Shown piece after piece: positions 9,513-20,370 of a stretch of DNA of 43,949 nt; within the stretch, counting starts at the first letter, position 1; each line of letters begins with the position of its first letter. Origin of the DNA: an uncultured Clostridia bacterium. Lineage in GTDB: Bacteria; Bacillota; Clostridia; TANB77; CAG-508. The translations under genes and the position numbers were made by a program. The stretch covers positions 1 to 43,949 of the forward strand of contig CANQZU010000003.1 of the NCBI GenBank assembly GCA_947628415.1, given 5' to 3'. A model generated the notes under the pieces. It made no database searches, had not been told where the DNA came from, and saw nothing but the letters and a program-made list of their open reading frames with translations.

Positions 9513-10641
9513 GTTTTTCTATCACTTCTAGTAAGCTTTGTACTAAATAATCTACATCTTCTTTTGTGTTATCTTCTCCAAATGTTACCCTTAATGAACT
9601 ATGTGCTAGATTACTTGGTAATCCAATGGCTGTTAAAACATGAGATGGCTTGGAAGAACCAGATGTACAAGCTGAACCTGCCGATGCACAAATGCCTTTT
9701 GCATCTAAATTGAGTAATAAAGCTTCTCCATCTACAGAAGGGAAAGAAAAATTAGCATTTCCGGGTAGTCTATTTTCAATTGTTCCATTTAATAGGCTAC
9801 CTTCAATTTTTTCCGTCACTTGTTTAATAAAATAATCTCTTAATTCTTGTAAATGTTTCATATAACTTTCTAAATTTATTCTAGCAATTTCACAAGCTTT
9901 TCCTAATCCAACAATTCCTGCCACATTTTCCGTACCAGCTCTTTTATTTTTCTCTTGATGTCCTCCATCTATAAATTTTTCAAAAGGAATACCATTTTTC
10001 ATATAAAAAGCTCCAATTCCTTTCGGTGCATATAATTTGTGTCCTGATAAAGATAAACTATCAATTCCCATATTTTTAACATTAATTGGTATATTGCCAC
10101 ATGCTTGGACTGCATCTGTATGAAAAATAATATTATGCATTCTAGCAATTTTAGCAATCATTTCAATTGGCTGAATTGTACCAATTTCATTGTTAGCAAA
10201 CATTATACTTATTAAAATGGTATCATTTCGTATTGAATTTTGTAATTCTTCTAAACTAATAAATCCTTGTTTATCTACTTTTAAGTATGTTACTTTAAAC
10301 CCTTGTTTTTCTAATGATTGACAAGTATGAAGTACTGCTGGATGTTCAATTTGAGAGGTAATAATGTGTCTTCCTTTTTGATAATTAGCATAGGCAATTC
10401 CTTTTATTGCTGTATTATCACTTTCAGATCCACATCCTGTAAAATAGATTTCATTTGGTTGGCAACCAATTAAATTAGAAACTTTTTTTCTTGCTTCTTC
10501 TATTGCTTTTTTCGACATTCTTCCTATACTATATAGAGACGATGGATTGCCATATTTTTCACTAAAATATGGCAACATCTCATCTAAAACTTCTTTTTTG
10601 ACTTTTGTTGTCGCTGCATGATCAAAATATCTAACTTTCAT
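9502..10641 (-). CDS. iscS: Cysteine desulfurase (NifS/IscS type)
   Basis: YFDHAATT, HTDAVQ, SGHKLYAPKG and SAGSAC motifs. Confidence 0.93.
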   Translation of the reverse strand: MKVRYFDHAATTKVKKEVLDEMLPYFSEKYGNPSSLYSIGRMSKKAIEEARKKVSNLIGCQPNEIYFTGCGSESDNTAIKGIAYANYQKGRHIITSQIEHPAVLHTCQSLEKQGFKVTYLKVDKQGFISLEELQNSIRNDTILISIMFANNEIGTIQPIEMIAKIARMHNIIFHTDAVQACGNIPINVKNMGIDSLSLSGHKLYAPKGIGAFYMKNGIPFEKFIDGGHQEKNKRAGTENVAGIVGLGKACEIARINLESYMKHLQELRDYFIKQVTEKIEGSLLNGTIENRLPGNANFSFPSVDGEALLLNLDAKGICASAGSACTSGSSKPSHVLTAIGLPSNLAHSSLRVTFGEDNTKEDVDYLVQSLLEVIEKLKK

Positions 10642-10720
10642 AAAATTCTTCCTTTCATGCTTTTTTCTTATTTCTATTATTATATTCAAAGTATTGTATT
10701 ATATTTCGTTAATTCTTATT

Positions 10721-11581
10721 TTATGGTTGTAAAATTTCTTTTATTCTTTTTATATTCTGTATGACAGTCTTATATCCATATTGATAGCATTCATCCAATT
10801 TTTCTGTATCTAAAAGTCCTGTTTTATCAGTTGAAATTGTTAAAATAAAATCACTTTGTGCTAAACTTTCTTCTGAAATTTTATTTCCCATAATATCGAT
10901 TGTTCTCATTATAATATCCATCATATTACTATGATCATCTACATCATCTGCTTTAAAATTAATTGCCAATACTTTATCTGCTCCCTGTTTTTTTATTTCT
11001 AATACAGGAATATTATCTAGTATCCCGCCATCTAAAAATTTATATTCTTTAAAGTTACAAGGACAAAACACAACTGGAAAACTACTACTAGCTCTTACTG
11101 CTTTTCCAACTGTTATATCTGTAATATAGCAAGATTTATTTTCACTTTTATGGGGAATTTTATTGGTAAAAATAAATTCTTTCGAATTTTTAATATCTAC
11201 AGCAGGTATAACTAATGGCATTCTAGTAATATCTTTCATCTTATGGATTCCCTTTCGTAAAGCAATATAATCATAAGATTTTTCTAGACTTTCTCCTGTT
11301 TTTAATCCAGATATACATATTTTTTTATTCATCATAAAATTTCCAATACCTGATATTATAGGAGCAGAACTAATTTCTACAATCTCTTTAGCATATCGTT
11401 TAAATAATATGTAAATATAATATGGAGAATAACCAAGTGCATATAGAGAAGCTACTAAACTTCCTGAACTAGTACCACCTATAACATCTATCTTAATTTC
11501 ATTATCCTCTAATGCTTTTAGTGCTCCAGCATGAGCAATTCCTCTAATTCCTCCGCCAGATAAAGCTATTCCTAATTTCAA
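10721..11581 (-). CDS. Patatin-like phospholipase
   Basis: LSGGGIRG, GTSSG and DGG motifs. Confidence 0.92.
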   Translation of the reverse strand: MKLGIALSGGGIRGIAHAGALKALEDNEIKIDVIGGTSSGSLVASLYALGYSPYYIYILFKRYAKEIVEISSAPIISGIGNFMMNKKICISGLKTGESLEKSYDYIALRKGIHKMKDITRMPLVIPAVDIKNSKEFIFTNKIPHKSENKSCYITDITVGKAVRASSSFPVVFCPCNFKEYKFLDGGILDNIPVLEIKKQGADKVLAINFKADDVDDHSNMMDIIMRTIDIMGNKISEESLAQSDFILTISTDKTGLLDTEKLDECYQYGYKTVIQNIKRIKEILQP

Positions 11582-11640
11582 TTTAACACCTTCTTATGTT
11601 TTATTTTCAGTATTTACTATTTATTATAAGTTTAAACAAG

Positions 11641-11682
11641 AAAAAGTGTTAAACTAGAAATTTTCTAATTTAACACTTTTTT
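11641..11682 (-). terminator. Terminator hairpin
   Basis: AAAAAGTGTTAAA...TTTAACACTTTTT inverted repeat just after the 11687 stop. Confidence 0.7.
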
Positions 11683-11686
11683 GCTT

Positions 11687-13420
11687 TTATTTAGAATCTG
11701 TATAATAAAATTCTCCATATCCATAAGTTACTTTATAATAACTTCCTATAAACGATGGTTCTTTTTGATCTTTGATTTCATAAGTTGGTGATATTACTTC
11801 TTGTCCTTGTTCATTTATACAACCCCATTTTCCGTCCTTTTTTACAGCAGCAAATCCATATTCATTAAATTCATATGCTTTGTCATATTGATAATTCACT
11901 TTTATATTTCCATTATAATCTACAAAACCATATTTATTTCCTTCTACTGCAACAAATAAAGAATGACTTGGATACACTTGCGTATTTTTTAATTCTTTTC
12001 CTTCTAAATCAATATATTTTTCTTCAGATTCATTTGATATCTTAATAACATTATCCTTTACCTCTATAGTAGCATCCTTCATTTCGCAAATTTTTTCCAT
12101 TGTTCTAGTATAAATTTGCGTTATTTTATTTTGAGATAATGTTGTTTGAATTAAATAAGTATTCGGAATTTTTTGTAGAGAATCATAAATAGCATCTATC
12201 TGTATGTTTCCTTTATTATCTACAATTCCTAATTTTCCATCCTCTCCACTTATCATAAAGTAATTATCATAAAGATATTCCATATAGTTATATTTTTCTT
12301 CTATTAATTGTTTTCCATCTTGATTTATTAATCCATATTTAGTTCCATTTTCATTATTTATTCTAATTTTGTATTTTTCATTATTTGTATTTAAAATGGA
12401 AACATTTGGATTAATATTAGCTTGTGTTCCATTATTGTTGTATACGGTAGTTCCTTGCTCATTTTCTGCATAAAAATAAATTCCTGTAATATCAATTTGA
12501 TTATATTCCACTGGAACTATTAATTTACCTTCTAAATTAATAATTCCATATTTTTTACTTTTTTCTACTACAAATACATGATTAGTCGCGTCATAGCGGA
12601 TAGATTGATATTCATTCGATATAATAGATTTATCATTTTTATTAACTCCATATTGACCATTTTGAGCAAATATTAAGTAACTATTTTCATTATCTTGGAT
12701 TTCTGTAACTCTTGAAATTTGATTATATTCTGTCTTTAAAATTTCTTTTCCTTTATTGTTTAAATAGCCATAACGATAACCTTGATCTGTCTTAATTGAT
12801 ACGATGTATCCAGCAAATTGATATTGATTTTCATCTGTATAATATTCATCAATAGCAATTTCATCATACTTAATTTCAATTAATTTATTCCCTTTTATAT
12901 TAATAACACCATATTTTTCATTTTGTTTTACTAGCAATTCTCCTTCTTTATATGGTAAACTAGCAATCTCGTCATAAATTGGTTTGGTGATTTGTTTTCC
13001 TTCAAAATTAATTAAACCATATTTCCCGTCTTGCATATATTTCAAGACACTTTTTTCATACATTAAATCACTTGCCATATTTTCCAATCGAATTGGTTCT
13101 ACTTTAATATACTGCGTTAATATTTCTTCATTTTTTTCATTTAAAATCTTTGTATCTTCTCCTTGATAACATATAAAAACACCCTTTTCAGGATTTGGTA
13201 TAACTACTTCATTATATTCTGGCAATATTAACTGATTTGCTTTTGTATCTATTACACCATACATATCATTTTGTCTTAAGACGAAATAATTATACTTTTC
13301 AATTTGTTCTATTTCATACTTTTTTCCATTTTCAATTATTATATTGTATATGATAAATGATGCAATTGCAATTATAACTAATCCTATTAGAATTCCTACA
13401 ATAATATATTTTTTCTTCAT
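11687..13420 (-). CDS. Membrane-anchored WG-repeat protein
   Basis: N-terminal TM helix; many K(Y/W)G.I...G..I....Y repeats. Confidence 0.85.
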   Translation of the reverse strand: MKKKYIIVGILIGLVIIAIASFIIYNIIIENGKKYEIEQIEKYNYFVLRQNDMYGVIDTKANQLILPEYNEVVIPNPEKGVFICYQGEDTKILNEKNEEILTQYIKVEPIRLENMASDLMYEKSVLKYMQDGKYGLINFEGKQITKPIYDEIASLPYKEGELLVKQNEKYGVINIKGNKLIEIKYDEIAIDEYYTDENQYQFAGYIVSIKTDQGYRYGYLNNKGKEILKTEYNQISRVTEIQDNENSYLIFAQNGQYGVNKNDKSIISNEYQSIRYDATNHVFVVEKSKKYGIINLEGKLIVPVEYNQIDITGIYFYAENEQGTTVYNNNGTQANINPNVSILNTNNEKYKIRINNENGTKYGLINQDGKQLIEEKYNYMEYLYDNYFMISGEDGKLGIVDNKGNIQIDAIYDSLQKIPNTYLIQTTLSQNKITQIYTRTMEKICEMKDATIEVKDNVIKISNESEEKYIDLEGKELKNTQVYPSHSLFVAVEGNKYGFVDYNGNIKVNYQYDKAYEFNEYGFAAVKKDGKWGCINEQGQEVISPTYEIKDQKEPSFIGSYYKVTYGYGEFYYTDSK

Positions 13421-13422
13421 CT

Positions 13423-14733
13423 TTATTCCTCGTTTTCTTTTATATTATTTTTACAAGCTTTTACTTTTATAATTCTTTTATCTTCATATTCTTCAATTTT
13501 GTAAGTTACCTTTTTAGTATCAATAATTGGTAGTTCCTCTTCCTTTGGAATTCTACCTAATTCATCTTGTAAATAACCTGAAATTGTATCATAATCACCC
13601 TCTGGTATATTTGCATCTAATAATTTATTTACATCATAAATTGTCATGTTTCCACTTAATAAATACGTATTTTCATCTAATTTCTCATATTCTTTTTCTT
13701 CTTTATCATATTCATCATAAATGTCTCCAACTAGCTCTTCTAGAATATCTTCCATTGTAATAAGACCTGCTGTTCCTCCATATTCGTCGACAATAATAGC
13801 AATCTGTTTTTTATTTTTTTGTAATTCTTTAAATACTTCATTTATTAAACGATTTTGTGAAATAAAATAAGCCTCTTTTACCACATTTTTTACTCGAAAA
13901 GTTTTTTTATTAATATTTTTTAAGACATCTTTAACATATAAAACACCTTTTATTTCATCAATAGTTTCATCATAAACAGGAATTCTACTATATCTATATT
14001 CTTCTTTAGAAAGTTCTTGTAATAATTCTTCGTTGCTAATGTTGATGTCTACTGCAAAAATATCTTTTCTATGTTTCATAATTTCAGAAACTGTAATATC
14101 ATTAAATTCAAATACATTATTAATTAATTCTTTTTCCTCTTCTTCAATTGTTCCTTTTTCTTCTCCTTGATCTACCATCATCTTGATTTCTTCTTCTGTT
14201 ACTGATTCTTCTTCATTTTCTCCCACTCCCAGTACTTTAGTAACTTGATTTGTTACAAATGTTAAAAGTTTAACAAAAGGAGCACTTATTAAGGAAATTG
14301 CTCGAATAATCCCTATGGTTGCAAAAGATAATTTTTCATAATTTTTCATTGCAAATCTTTTTGGAACTAACTCGCCAAATACTAATGTAAAGAAAGATAA
14401 AATAATTGTTACTATAATAATTGATATACTCTTCCAAATCCCCAAACTAATCCATGGTATCATCTGATATAGAATAGGTGCTAATTTCTCTGCAAAAGTA
14501 TCTGAAGCAAACGCACTTGATAAAAATCCTGCTAAAGTAATTCCTATTTGTATCGTAGATAAAAACTTACTTGGTGATTTTAACATTTTTTCTATCTGTT
14601 TTGCTTTTTTGTTTCCTTCTTTTGCCTGTTTTTCTATTTTAGCGTCATTTAATGATATAAATGCGATTTCGGTTGCAGCAAAAAAAGCATTTAATGAAAT
14701 TAGTATTAATAAAATAATAAATTGTAAAATCAT
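13423..14733 (-). CDS. HlyC/CorC (CNNM-CBS-CorC) family transporter
   Basis: NAFFAATEIA, GELVPK, YSRIPVY and DEYGGTAGLITMEDILEELVG motifs. Confidence 0.93.
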   Translation of the reverse strand: MILQFIILLILISLNAFFAATEIAFISLNDAKIEKQAKEGNKKAKQIEKMLKSPSKFLSTIQIGITLAGFLSSAFASDTFAEKLAPILYQMIPWISLGIWKSISIIIVTIILSFFTLVFGELVPKRFAMKNYEKLSFATIGIIRAISLISAPFVKLLTFVTNQVTKVLGVGENEEESVTEEEIKMMVDQGEEKGTIEEEEKELINNVFEFNDITVSEIMKHRKDIFAVDINISNEELLQELSKEEYRYSRIPVYDETIDEIKGVLYVKDVLKNINKKTFRVKNVVKEAYFISQNRLINEVFKELQKNKKQIAIIVDEYGGTAGLITMEDILEELVGDIYDEYDKEEKEYEKLDENTYLLSGNMTIYDVNKLLDANIPEGDYDTISGYLQDELGRIPKEEELPIIDTKKVTYKIEEYEDKRIIKVKACKNNIKENEE

Positions 14734-14857
14734 GAATTCTATACCCCTTTAAAATTTTGCAATGTTGTATTTATTATATCCGTTTTTTGTTTTTTTTTCA
14801 ATAAATTTATAAGATTTTTACAGGATTCTTTAAAATATAAAATTTACAATATAAATT

Positions 14858-14902
14858 AAAAAAGAACTGAATCTAATATAACTTTAGAAACAGTTCTTTT
14901 TA
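14858..14902 (-). terminator. Terminator after the LPxTG protein gene
   Basis: AAAAAGAACTG...CAGTTCTTTTT inverted repeat. Confidence 0.7.
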
Positions 14903-14903
14903 T

Positions 14904-16175
14904 TTACATGCCAGTAACTGGTAATTTTTTTACTTCTTTGTGATTTTCTTTTTTTTCGATTTCTATTTTTGGTTTTTCCTCTTTCCTATTATAAATATTC
15001 ACCGTATATTCTTCATGTAAAGCTATTTTAATTTCTATAAATTTTTCATATTTTTCATACCCTTCTTTTGATTGCACTTCTCTTAAATAATAAGTACCTG
15101 GAACTAAATTATGAATCTCAATTTTTCCTTCTGAATCTGTTTTTAAATCACTATATATAACGTCTTTATTTTCATTTAATAGTTCAAATTCTACTCCTTC
15201 TAATGGTTCTTTAGTTTCTTCATCTTTTTTTACAACAATTATCTTCGTTTCATTTTTTGGATACTCATCAGTTGTTTCTCCTGTTCCATCTTCATAAGTT
15301 GCAGAAGTTAAAGCATAATCTTGATATTTACTGTTAGGAGCTACTCCATACAAAATTGGTTTCGTTTCTACTTGACTTTCTACTGTTAACTTAAAAGAAC
15401 CTTCTTGAGTCATTTCTTTAATAGGAATTAATACTTTAAATTTTTCATTAGCAGAAAACTCATTTTTTTCTATATTTTGTATATCTGTTATTTTAATTCC
15501 TCCTATATCTTGTGCATTTTCCTTAATAAGTTGAATTTTATAATTCTTCATGCCAGCTCCCGCTTTTACACTATATGTCTTTGATATATATTTTGGATTT
15601 AAGTCGTCCAGTTGCCATTGACTATCTATTTTATTAATTTGTATAGTACTTGATATTTTAGTTTCATTAGAATTTTGTGCATTATTAACAATTTTATATA
15701 AAGCTCGTAATGTTCGATTGCCTGCTTCACCAATTCCTTCATAATCTTCTAATCTATTTCCATGAATATAACAATAAACTGCTTGTTTTGTTGCTGTAAA
15801 GGCTTCTTCCTTATTAATCACTTCTAATTCTTCGATAGATTTATATGGATATCCATTTATAATTACCTTCCATAAACCTATATCCTTAATTGCTTCTTGC
15901 ACAGAAACTGTATAAGGTTCTACTTGAGCTCCTACTTTTGTTTTATCCATACAATAAGCAGGATATTCTACTCCATTGTAACTGTATTGTACATAATCAG
16001 TTTTTACAATACTACCTTTGTATTTTAGCAATTGTCCACAACTACCTATTGAATAGATATAAGCAGAATGAATAGAAGTAGTGGCATATACTGCATTTGC
16101 CAATCCTAATGCATTCATTACTAAAATAGCTATTATAATAAATATTTTTTTTATTTTTCCTTTCTTTTTCTTCAA
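14904..16175 (-). CDS. Secreted thioester-domain plus SpaA/Cna-B-like domain surface protein ending in LPVTG
   Basis: Signal peptide; AYCMD and TKQAVY (TQxA-like) motifs; K.D.ETKEPLEGVEFEL...GTYYLREV..GY pilin-type domain; C-terminal KKLPVTGM. Confidence 0.75.
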   Translation of the reverse strand: MKKKKGKIKKIFIIIAILVMNALGLANAVYATTSIHSAYIYSIGSCGQLLKYKGSIVKTDYVQYSYNGVEYPAYCMDKTKVGAQVEPYTVSVQEAIKDIGLWKVIINGYPYKSIEELEVINKEEAFTATKQAVYCYIHGNRLEDYEGIGEAGNRTLRALYKIVNNAQNSNETKISSTIQINKIDSQWQLDDLNPKYISKTYSVKAGAGMKNYKIQLIKENAQDIGGIKITDIQNIEKNEFSANEKFKVLIPIKEMTQEGSFKLTVESQVETKPILYGVAPNSKYQDYALTSATYEDGTGETTDEYPKNETKIIVVKKDEETKEPLEGVEFELLNENKDVIYSDLKTDSEGKIEIHNLVPGTYYLREVQSKEGYEKYEKFIEIKIALHEEYTVNIYNRKEEKPKIEIEKKENHKEVKKLPVTGM

Positions 16176-16197
16176 ATTATCATTCTTCCTTTCTTTT

Positions 16198-16794
16198 TTA
16201 TTCTTCCATTGCTTTTACACATCTTCTGTAATTTGGTTCATTTTCTACGCATGTAATTAGTGTTATGATATTGTCTTGTGTATTATCTAAACAAGATAAA
16301 TTCGTATCTTTGATGATATCGTTTTTTTCAACCACATATTTTCTACAAGTGCCTTTATAATAATAAAAAATACTATCACCTTCTTTTAAATATTTTACAT
16401 TTGCAAAATAATTATTTTTGTAGCCTCTATTATGAGCAGCTAAACAAATATTTCCTATCCATTTAGGTGTTTCCTCAAAATGTCCTATAAATTCGTCCAT
16501 TATTTCTTTACTTGTTCCATCTTCAATATCAGCTCGCAAAGAAATACATGGAATCTCTAAGTACCAATCTTCTGATGATACTTTCTCTTCTTTAATAGAA
16601 TTATTTTCATAAGAATAAAAATTTTCTACATTATTTTGATTTATAGAATTTACTGTGAAGCCTGCCTTAAAAGTAGCATTTTGTGAAAAAAAATTAAAAT
16701 AAGGACTAAATAAATTTATTATAGAAAATAAAATTATGGATAAAAAAAAACTTAAGATATGAATATACCATGTACTATAACGAAAAAAACCTAT
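16198..16794 (-). CDS. Sortase (class D-like), about 198 aa, probable non-canonical ATA start
   Basis: LAAHN and TLITC...R motifs; the frame stays open upstream of the called 113-aa ORF through WYLEIPCI and a hydrophobic helix up to AAGGAG-N9-ATA. Confidence 0.8.
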   Translation of the reverse strand: MGFFRYSTWYIHILSFFLSIILFSIINLFSPYFNFFSQNATFKAGFTVNSINQNNVENFYSYENNSIKEEKVSSEDWYLEIPCISLRADIEDGTSKEIMDEFIGHFEETPKWIGNICLAAHNRGYKNNYFANVKYLKEGDSIFYYYKGTCRKYVVEKNDIIKDTNLSCLDNTQDNIITLITCVENEPNYRRCVKAMEE

Positions 16795-16956
16795 CGTATC
16801 ACGCTCCTTAACATATTTTTTTGTTTTTTGAAATTAATAAGAAATAATTTTTTCGAAAAAATTTTCATGAATAAATTTTTTTTGAATGAAAGTTAACTTC
16901 TATGTATACATAATAATACATTTTTTCGTATTTGTAAAGATTTTTTCATCGCAAAT

Positions 16957-16963
16957 TTCGACA
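16957..16963 (-). promoter_or_regulatory. Possible Spo0A box upstream of the sortase gene
   Basis: Perfect TGTCGAA on the minus strand in the intergenic region; a single 7-mer only. Confidence 0.35.
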
Positions 16964-17032
16964 TGTTTCTGTACTTGCTCTATCTAAATGTAAAATAGCA
17001 TATTGTTAATTAAAAACAATATGCCACTTTTT

Positions 17033-18532
17033 TTACTGTTTTAAATTTAACTCTATATAAAATTCTACCCCATTTTCTTTATTGATAACTCCATATCCAT
17101 TTTGATAATTACTCATAATAGCTTTTACAAAAGATAATCCAATTCCTGTTCCTCCATCTTGTCTATTTCTAGATGGGTCGACCTTATAAAAACGATTCCA
17201 TATTCTTGTAAGATGTTCTTCTTCTATGATATCTCCTGTATTAAATACTTTTACTTTTACTTTATTTGTTTTGCTATCCACTTCATTTTCAATCTGAATA
17301 TATTTTTCGTTGTTTACATCTTTGACATGTTTAATAGCATTAGTAAGATAATTGCTAATCACTTGTTCAATGTAAAAATCATCTGCTAATACATTGATTT
17401 CTTCTGATGTTTTCCATCGAATTTCTACTTGTTTTTCTTCTAACATTACTTGTGATTTTCGAGCAACCTCTTTTTCTACTTCTACTAAGTTAAATGTTTT
17501 ATCTTCAAAATCTCTTTTCCCATACTCTAGCTTCATTAATTCTAACAATTGTTTTACTAATCGATCCATTTTGTTTATTTCATCTAAAATTACTTCTGCA
17601 TAAAATTTTCTACTTTCTGGATCTGAATTGACATTTTCTAGTAATCCTTCACTATAACCTTGAATTAAAGCAATTGGCGTTTTTAGCTCATGAGATACAT
17701 CAGATATGAAAGTTTTTCTCATTTCATCAATTTTAGATTTTTCTTCAATATCCTTTTCTAATTCAATATTAGTACTTCTTAATTGCTTAATTGTTTTTTC
17801 TAATTTATCAGACATAATATTAATGCTTTTCCCTAAATGGTTAATTTCATCATCAGCATCTGTCATTCGATATTTATGACTAAAATCTAAATTAGCCATT
17901 TTTTTAGCAATATCATTTAATTCAGATATTGGATCTGCAAATTTTCTAGAAACATATGAAACAATAACAGCAGCAATTAAAATAGTAAAACCAGCCATTA
18001 AATATAAAAAGTTATTAGATATTTTAACACTTTCTTCAATAGATGTAATTGGCATTCTAATATATAGTAAATAAGAATTGTCTAATATGGCTGATAATAA
18101 AATATAAGTAATTCCATTTTTAGTATCTTGAATCCTTTTAATCGAATAATTTTCTTGTTCTTCCATAATCTCTTCTGATTGCAATTTAAATGGTTTTGTC
18201 ATTTCGTTCATCTGTCCTAATGTAGAAAAAAAATCTTTATTAGAACTATATACACTAACATTTTGATCATTTTTAATTAAAATATCAAAATCATTATTAA
18301 TAGCAATTTTCTCTAACTGTTCTTCTAAATCAATATCTTGAGCATGATTATAGTAATCATTAACAATTTGATACACAGACTTTAATGCTTTTGTCTTGCT
18401 ATATAAATAAAACTGACCAAAAACAAAATTATTTACTAATATTAAAAATAAAATAATGAGCAAAATTACACCTGATAATGTAAGAAAAAGTTTTACTCTA
18501 ACCGATTTTATTGCATTTTTAAATTTTTCCAT
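17033..18532 (-). CDS. HAMP-domain sensor histidine kinase
   Basis: Two TM helices, SHELKTP H-box, N-box, FYKVD and GGTGIGLS G2 box. Confidence 0.95.
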   Translation of the reverse strand: MEKFKNAIKSVRVKLFLTLSGVILLIILFLILVNNFVFGQFYLYSKTKALKSVYQIVNDYYNHAQDIDLEEQLEKIAINNDFDILIKNDQNVSVYSSNKDFFSTLGQMNEMTKPFKLQSEEIMEEQENYSIKRIQDTKNGITYILLSAILDNSYLLYIRMPITSIEESVKISNNFLYLMAGFTILIAAVIVSYVSRKFADPISELNDIAKKMANLDFSHKYRMTDADDEINHLGKSINIMSDKLEKTIKQLRSTNIELEKDIEEKSKIDEMRKTFISDVSHELKTPIALIQGYSEGLLENVNSDPESRKFYAEVILDEINKMDRLVKQLLELMKLEYGKRDFEDKTFNLVEVEKEVARKSQVMLEEKQVEIRWKTSEEINVLADDFYIEQVISNYLTNAIKHVKDVNNEKYIQIENEVDSKTNKVKVKVFNTGDIIEEEHLTRIWNRFYKVDPSRNRQDGGTGIGLSFVKAIMSNYQNGYGVINKENGVEFYIELNLKQ

Positions 18533-18542
18533 CTCTTAGCTC

Positions 18543-19220
18543 CTATTTTACCTCAAACTTATAGCCTACACCTCTCATTGTCTTAATATATCTACCTTTT
18601 TTTCCTAATTTGTGTCGAATCTTTTTAATATGACTATCAATTGTTCTGGAATCTCCATAATAATCATAATTCCAAACATTGTTTAAAATTTTATCTCTTG
18701 ATAAAGCAATGTTTTCATTTTCTACTAAATAAATGAATAATTCATATTCTCTTAAACTAAGTTCTATTGGTTTTCCATCTACTTTTACAGTCCTTCCCTC
18801 TTGATCAATTTCTATGCCAGAATAATCTTTTATTTTAGAAGTGTCTTTGCTTGTCCTTTTTAAAATAGCTTCTACTCTTGCTACTAATATTTTAGGGCTA
18901 AATGGCTTTGAAATATATTCATCTGCTCCAAGTTCAAACCCAAATAATTCATCTTGTTCTTCTCCTCTTGCTGTTAACATGATAATTGGAACTTTAGATT
19001 GTTGTCTAACTTGACGAAGAACTGACCATCCATCTAGTTTAGGCATCATAACATCTAATAAAATTAAAGTGATTTTATTTTTATTTTCCTCAAAAACTTG
19101 TAATGCTTTTTCCCCATCTTCTGCTTCTAAAATATTATATTCTTTTGCTTTTAAAAAATCCTTAATTAATTTTCTCATTCTAGATTCATCATCTACTACT
19201 AATACACAATTGTTTGCCAT
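18543..19220 (-). CDS. OmpR-family response regulator
   Basis: LVVDD, LDVMMP, KPFSP and winged-helix RG.GY motifs. Confidence 0.95.
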   Translation of the reverse strand: MANNCVLVVDDESRMRKLIKDFLKAKEYNILEAEDGEKALQVFEENKNKITLILLDVMMPKLDGWSVLRQVRQQSKVPIIMLTARGEEQDELFGFELGADEYISKPFSPKILVARVEAILKRTSKDTSKIKDYSGIEIDQEGRTVKVDGKPIELSLREYELFIYLVENENIALSRDKILNNVWNYDYYGDSRTIDSHIKKIRHKLGKKGRYIKTMRGVGYKFEVK

Positions 19221-19282
19221 GTTTCATCTCTCCTCATTTTCTACTATTGCAATTATATTTTATAAATGTGTCTTTTTGGTGA

Positions 19283-19308
19283 AAAAAGCACATATATCAT
19301 GTGCTTTT
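19283..19308 (-). terminator. Terminator after the mscS gene
   Basis: AAAAGCACAT/ATGTGCTTTT hairpin. Confidence 0.65.
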
Positions 19309-20345
19309 TAATTTTTGACATAAACGGTTTTTGTATCATAAGAAAGTTGTATTTCTTCTTCTTTTAAAATGTTCATAATTTTCATATTTATTTCTTCTTT
19401 TTCTGCAATAAAACTTGTATAATCAACAGAATCTGTAAAACTACAAATTAAAACATTTAATCCGTTTTCAGAAATGGTATCAAATTTTACTACAATAGAA
19501 TTATCATAAATAGCTTCTCTAGAAGCTAACATTTCTTGTACTCTAGTTTTAAATTTTTCTAATTTCTCTAGAGGCGTATCCATTTCAATACACAAATTCA
19601 TTTTATATCTACGTTTTTCCATTTTACTCCAATTAATTATAGAACTATTTGCAATAATAGAATTTGGAATATTAACTAAAGCATTTTCAAAAGTTCTTAA
19701 CCTTGTGCTACGAAAAGTAATATCTTCAATAGTACCTTCAAATGGATCCATTTCAATCCAATCTCCTACCATAAATGGTTTATCCAAAAAGATAACAAGA
19801 CCTGCAAATAAATTTTTGGCAGTATCTTGGGCAGCAAGAGTAATAATAATACCACCAATTCCTAACCCTGCTACTAGCCCATTTAAATTAAATCCTAATT
19901 CCGTAATAATTAAAAAACCTGCTACAAGATAAATTATTACTCTTACTATTTTTAATCCAAATTGAAACATAGAGTCTTCTACTTTTTGATTCATTTTACT
20001 TTGCATCTTTTTTACAAAAGTAGACTCTATAGTAAAACTTTTAGCTAACCCTTTAGCAAAAGTTAAAATGCTAACTATTTTAAAAACTTTTGTGGCAATT
20101 TGCATTACTTTGTCTGAAATAGAAAATGGTTCTTTTAAAAATACAATTGCCAAATATATTCCTAATACCACAAAAAAAACTCTTAATGGTTGATAAAATG
20201 CACTTTCTTTTATTTTACTTATTTTCTTTTCCTTAAATTTAAACATTCTAATAATGATATATGATAAAGGAGAACTAAAAATTCTAAAAAGTAAAAAGAT
20301 GCCTATTGCTATCCATATATCTATTAAATGTGTCATTTGATTCAT
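19308..20345 (-). CDS. mscS: Small-conductance mechanosensitive channel family protein
   Basis: AGLGIGG...LAAQD...NLFAG, DKPF.VGDWI and IPNS motifs. Confidence 0.9.
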   Translation of the reverse strand: MNQMTHLIDIWIAIGIFLLFRIFSSPLSYIIIRMFKFKEKKISKIKESAFYQPLRVFFVVLGIYLAIVFLKEPFSISDKVMQIATKVFKIVSILTFAKGLAKSFTIESTFVKKMQSKMNQKVEDSMFQFGLKIVRVIIYLVAGFLIITELGFNLNGLVAGLGIGGIIITLAAQDTAKNLFAGLVIFLDKPFMVGDWIEMDPFEGTIEDITFRSTRLRTFENALVNIPNSIIANSSIINWSKMEKRRYKMNLCIEMDTPLEKLEKFKTRVQEMLASREAIYDNSIVVKFDTISENGLNVLICSFTDSVDYTSFIAEKEEINMKIMNILKEEEIQLSYDTKTVYVKN

Positions 20346-20370
20346 GTTATCCTCCGTATTATTCTACTTT

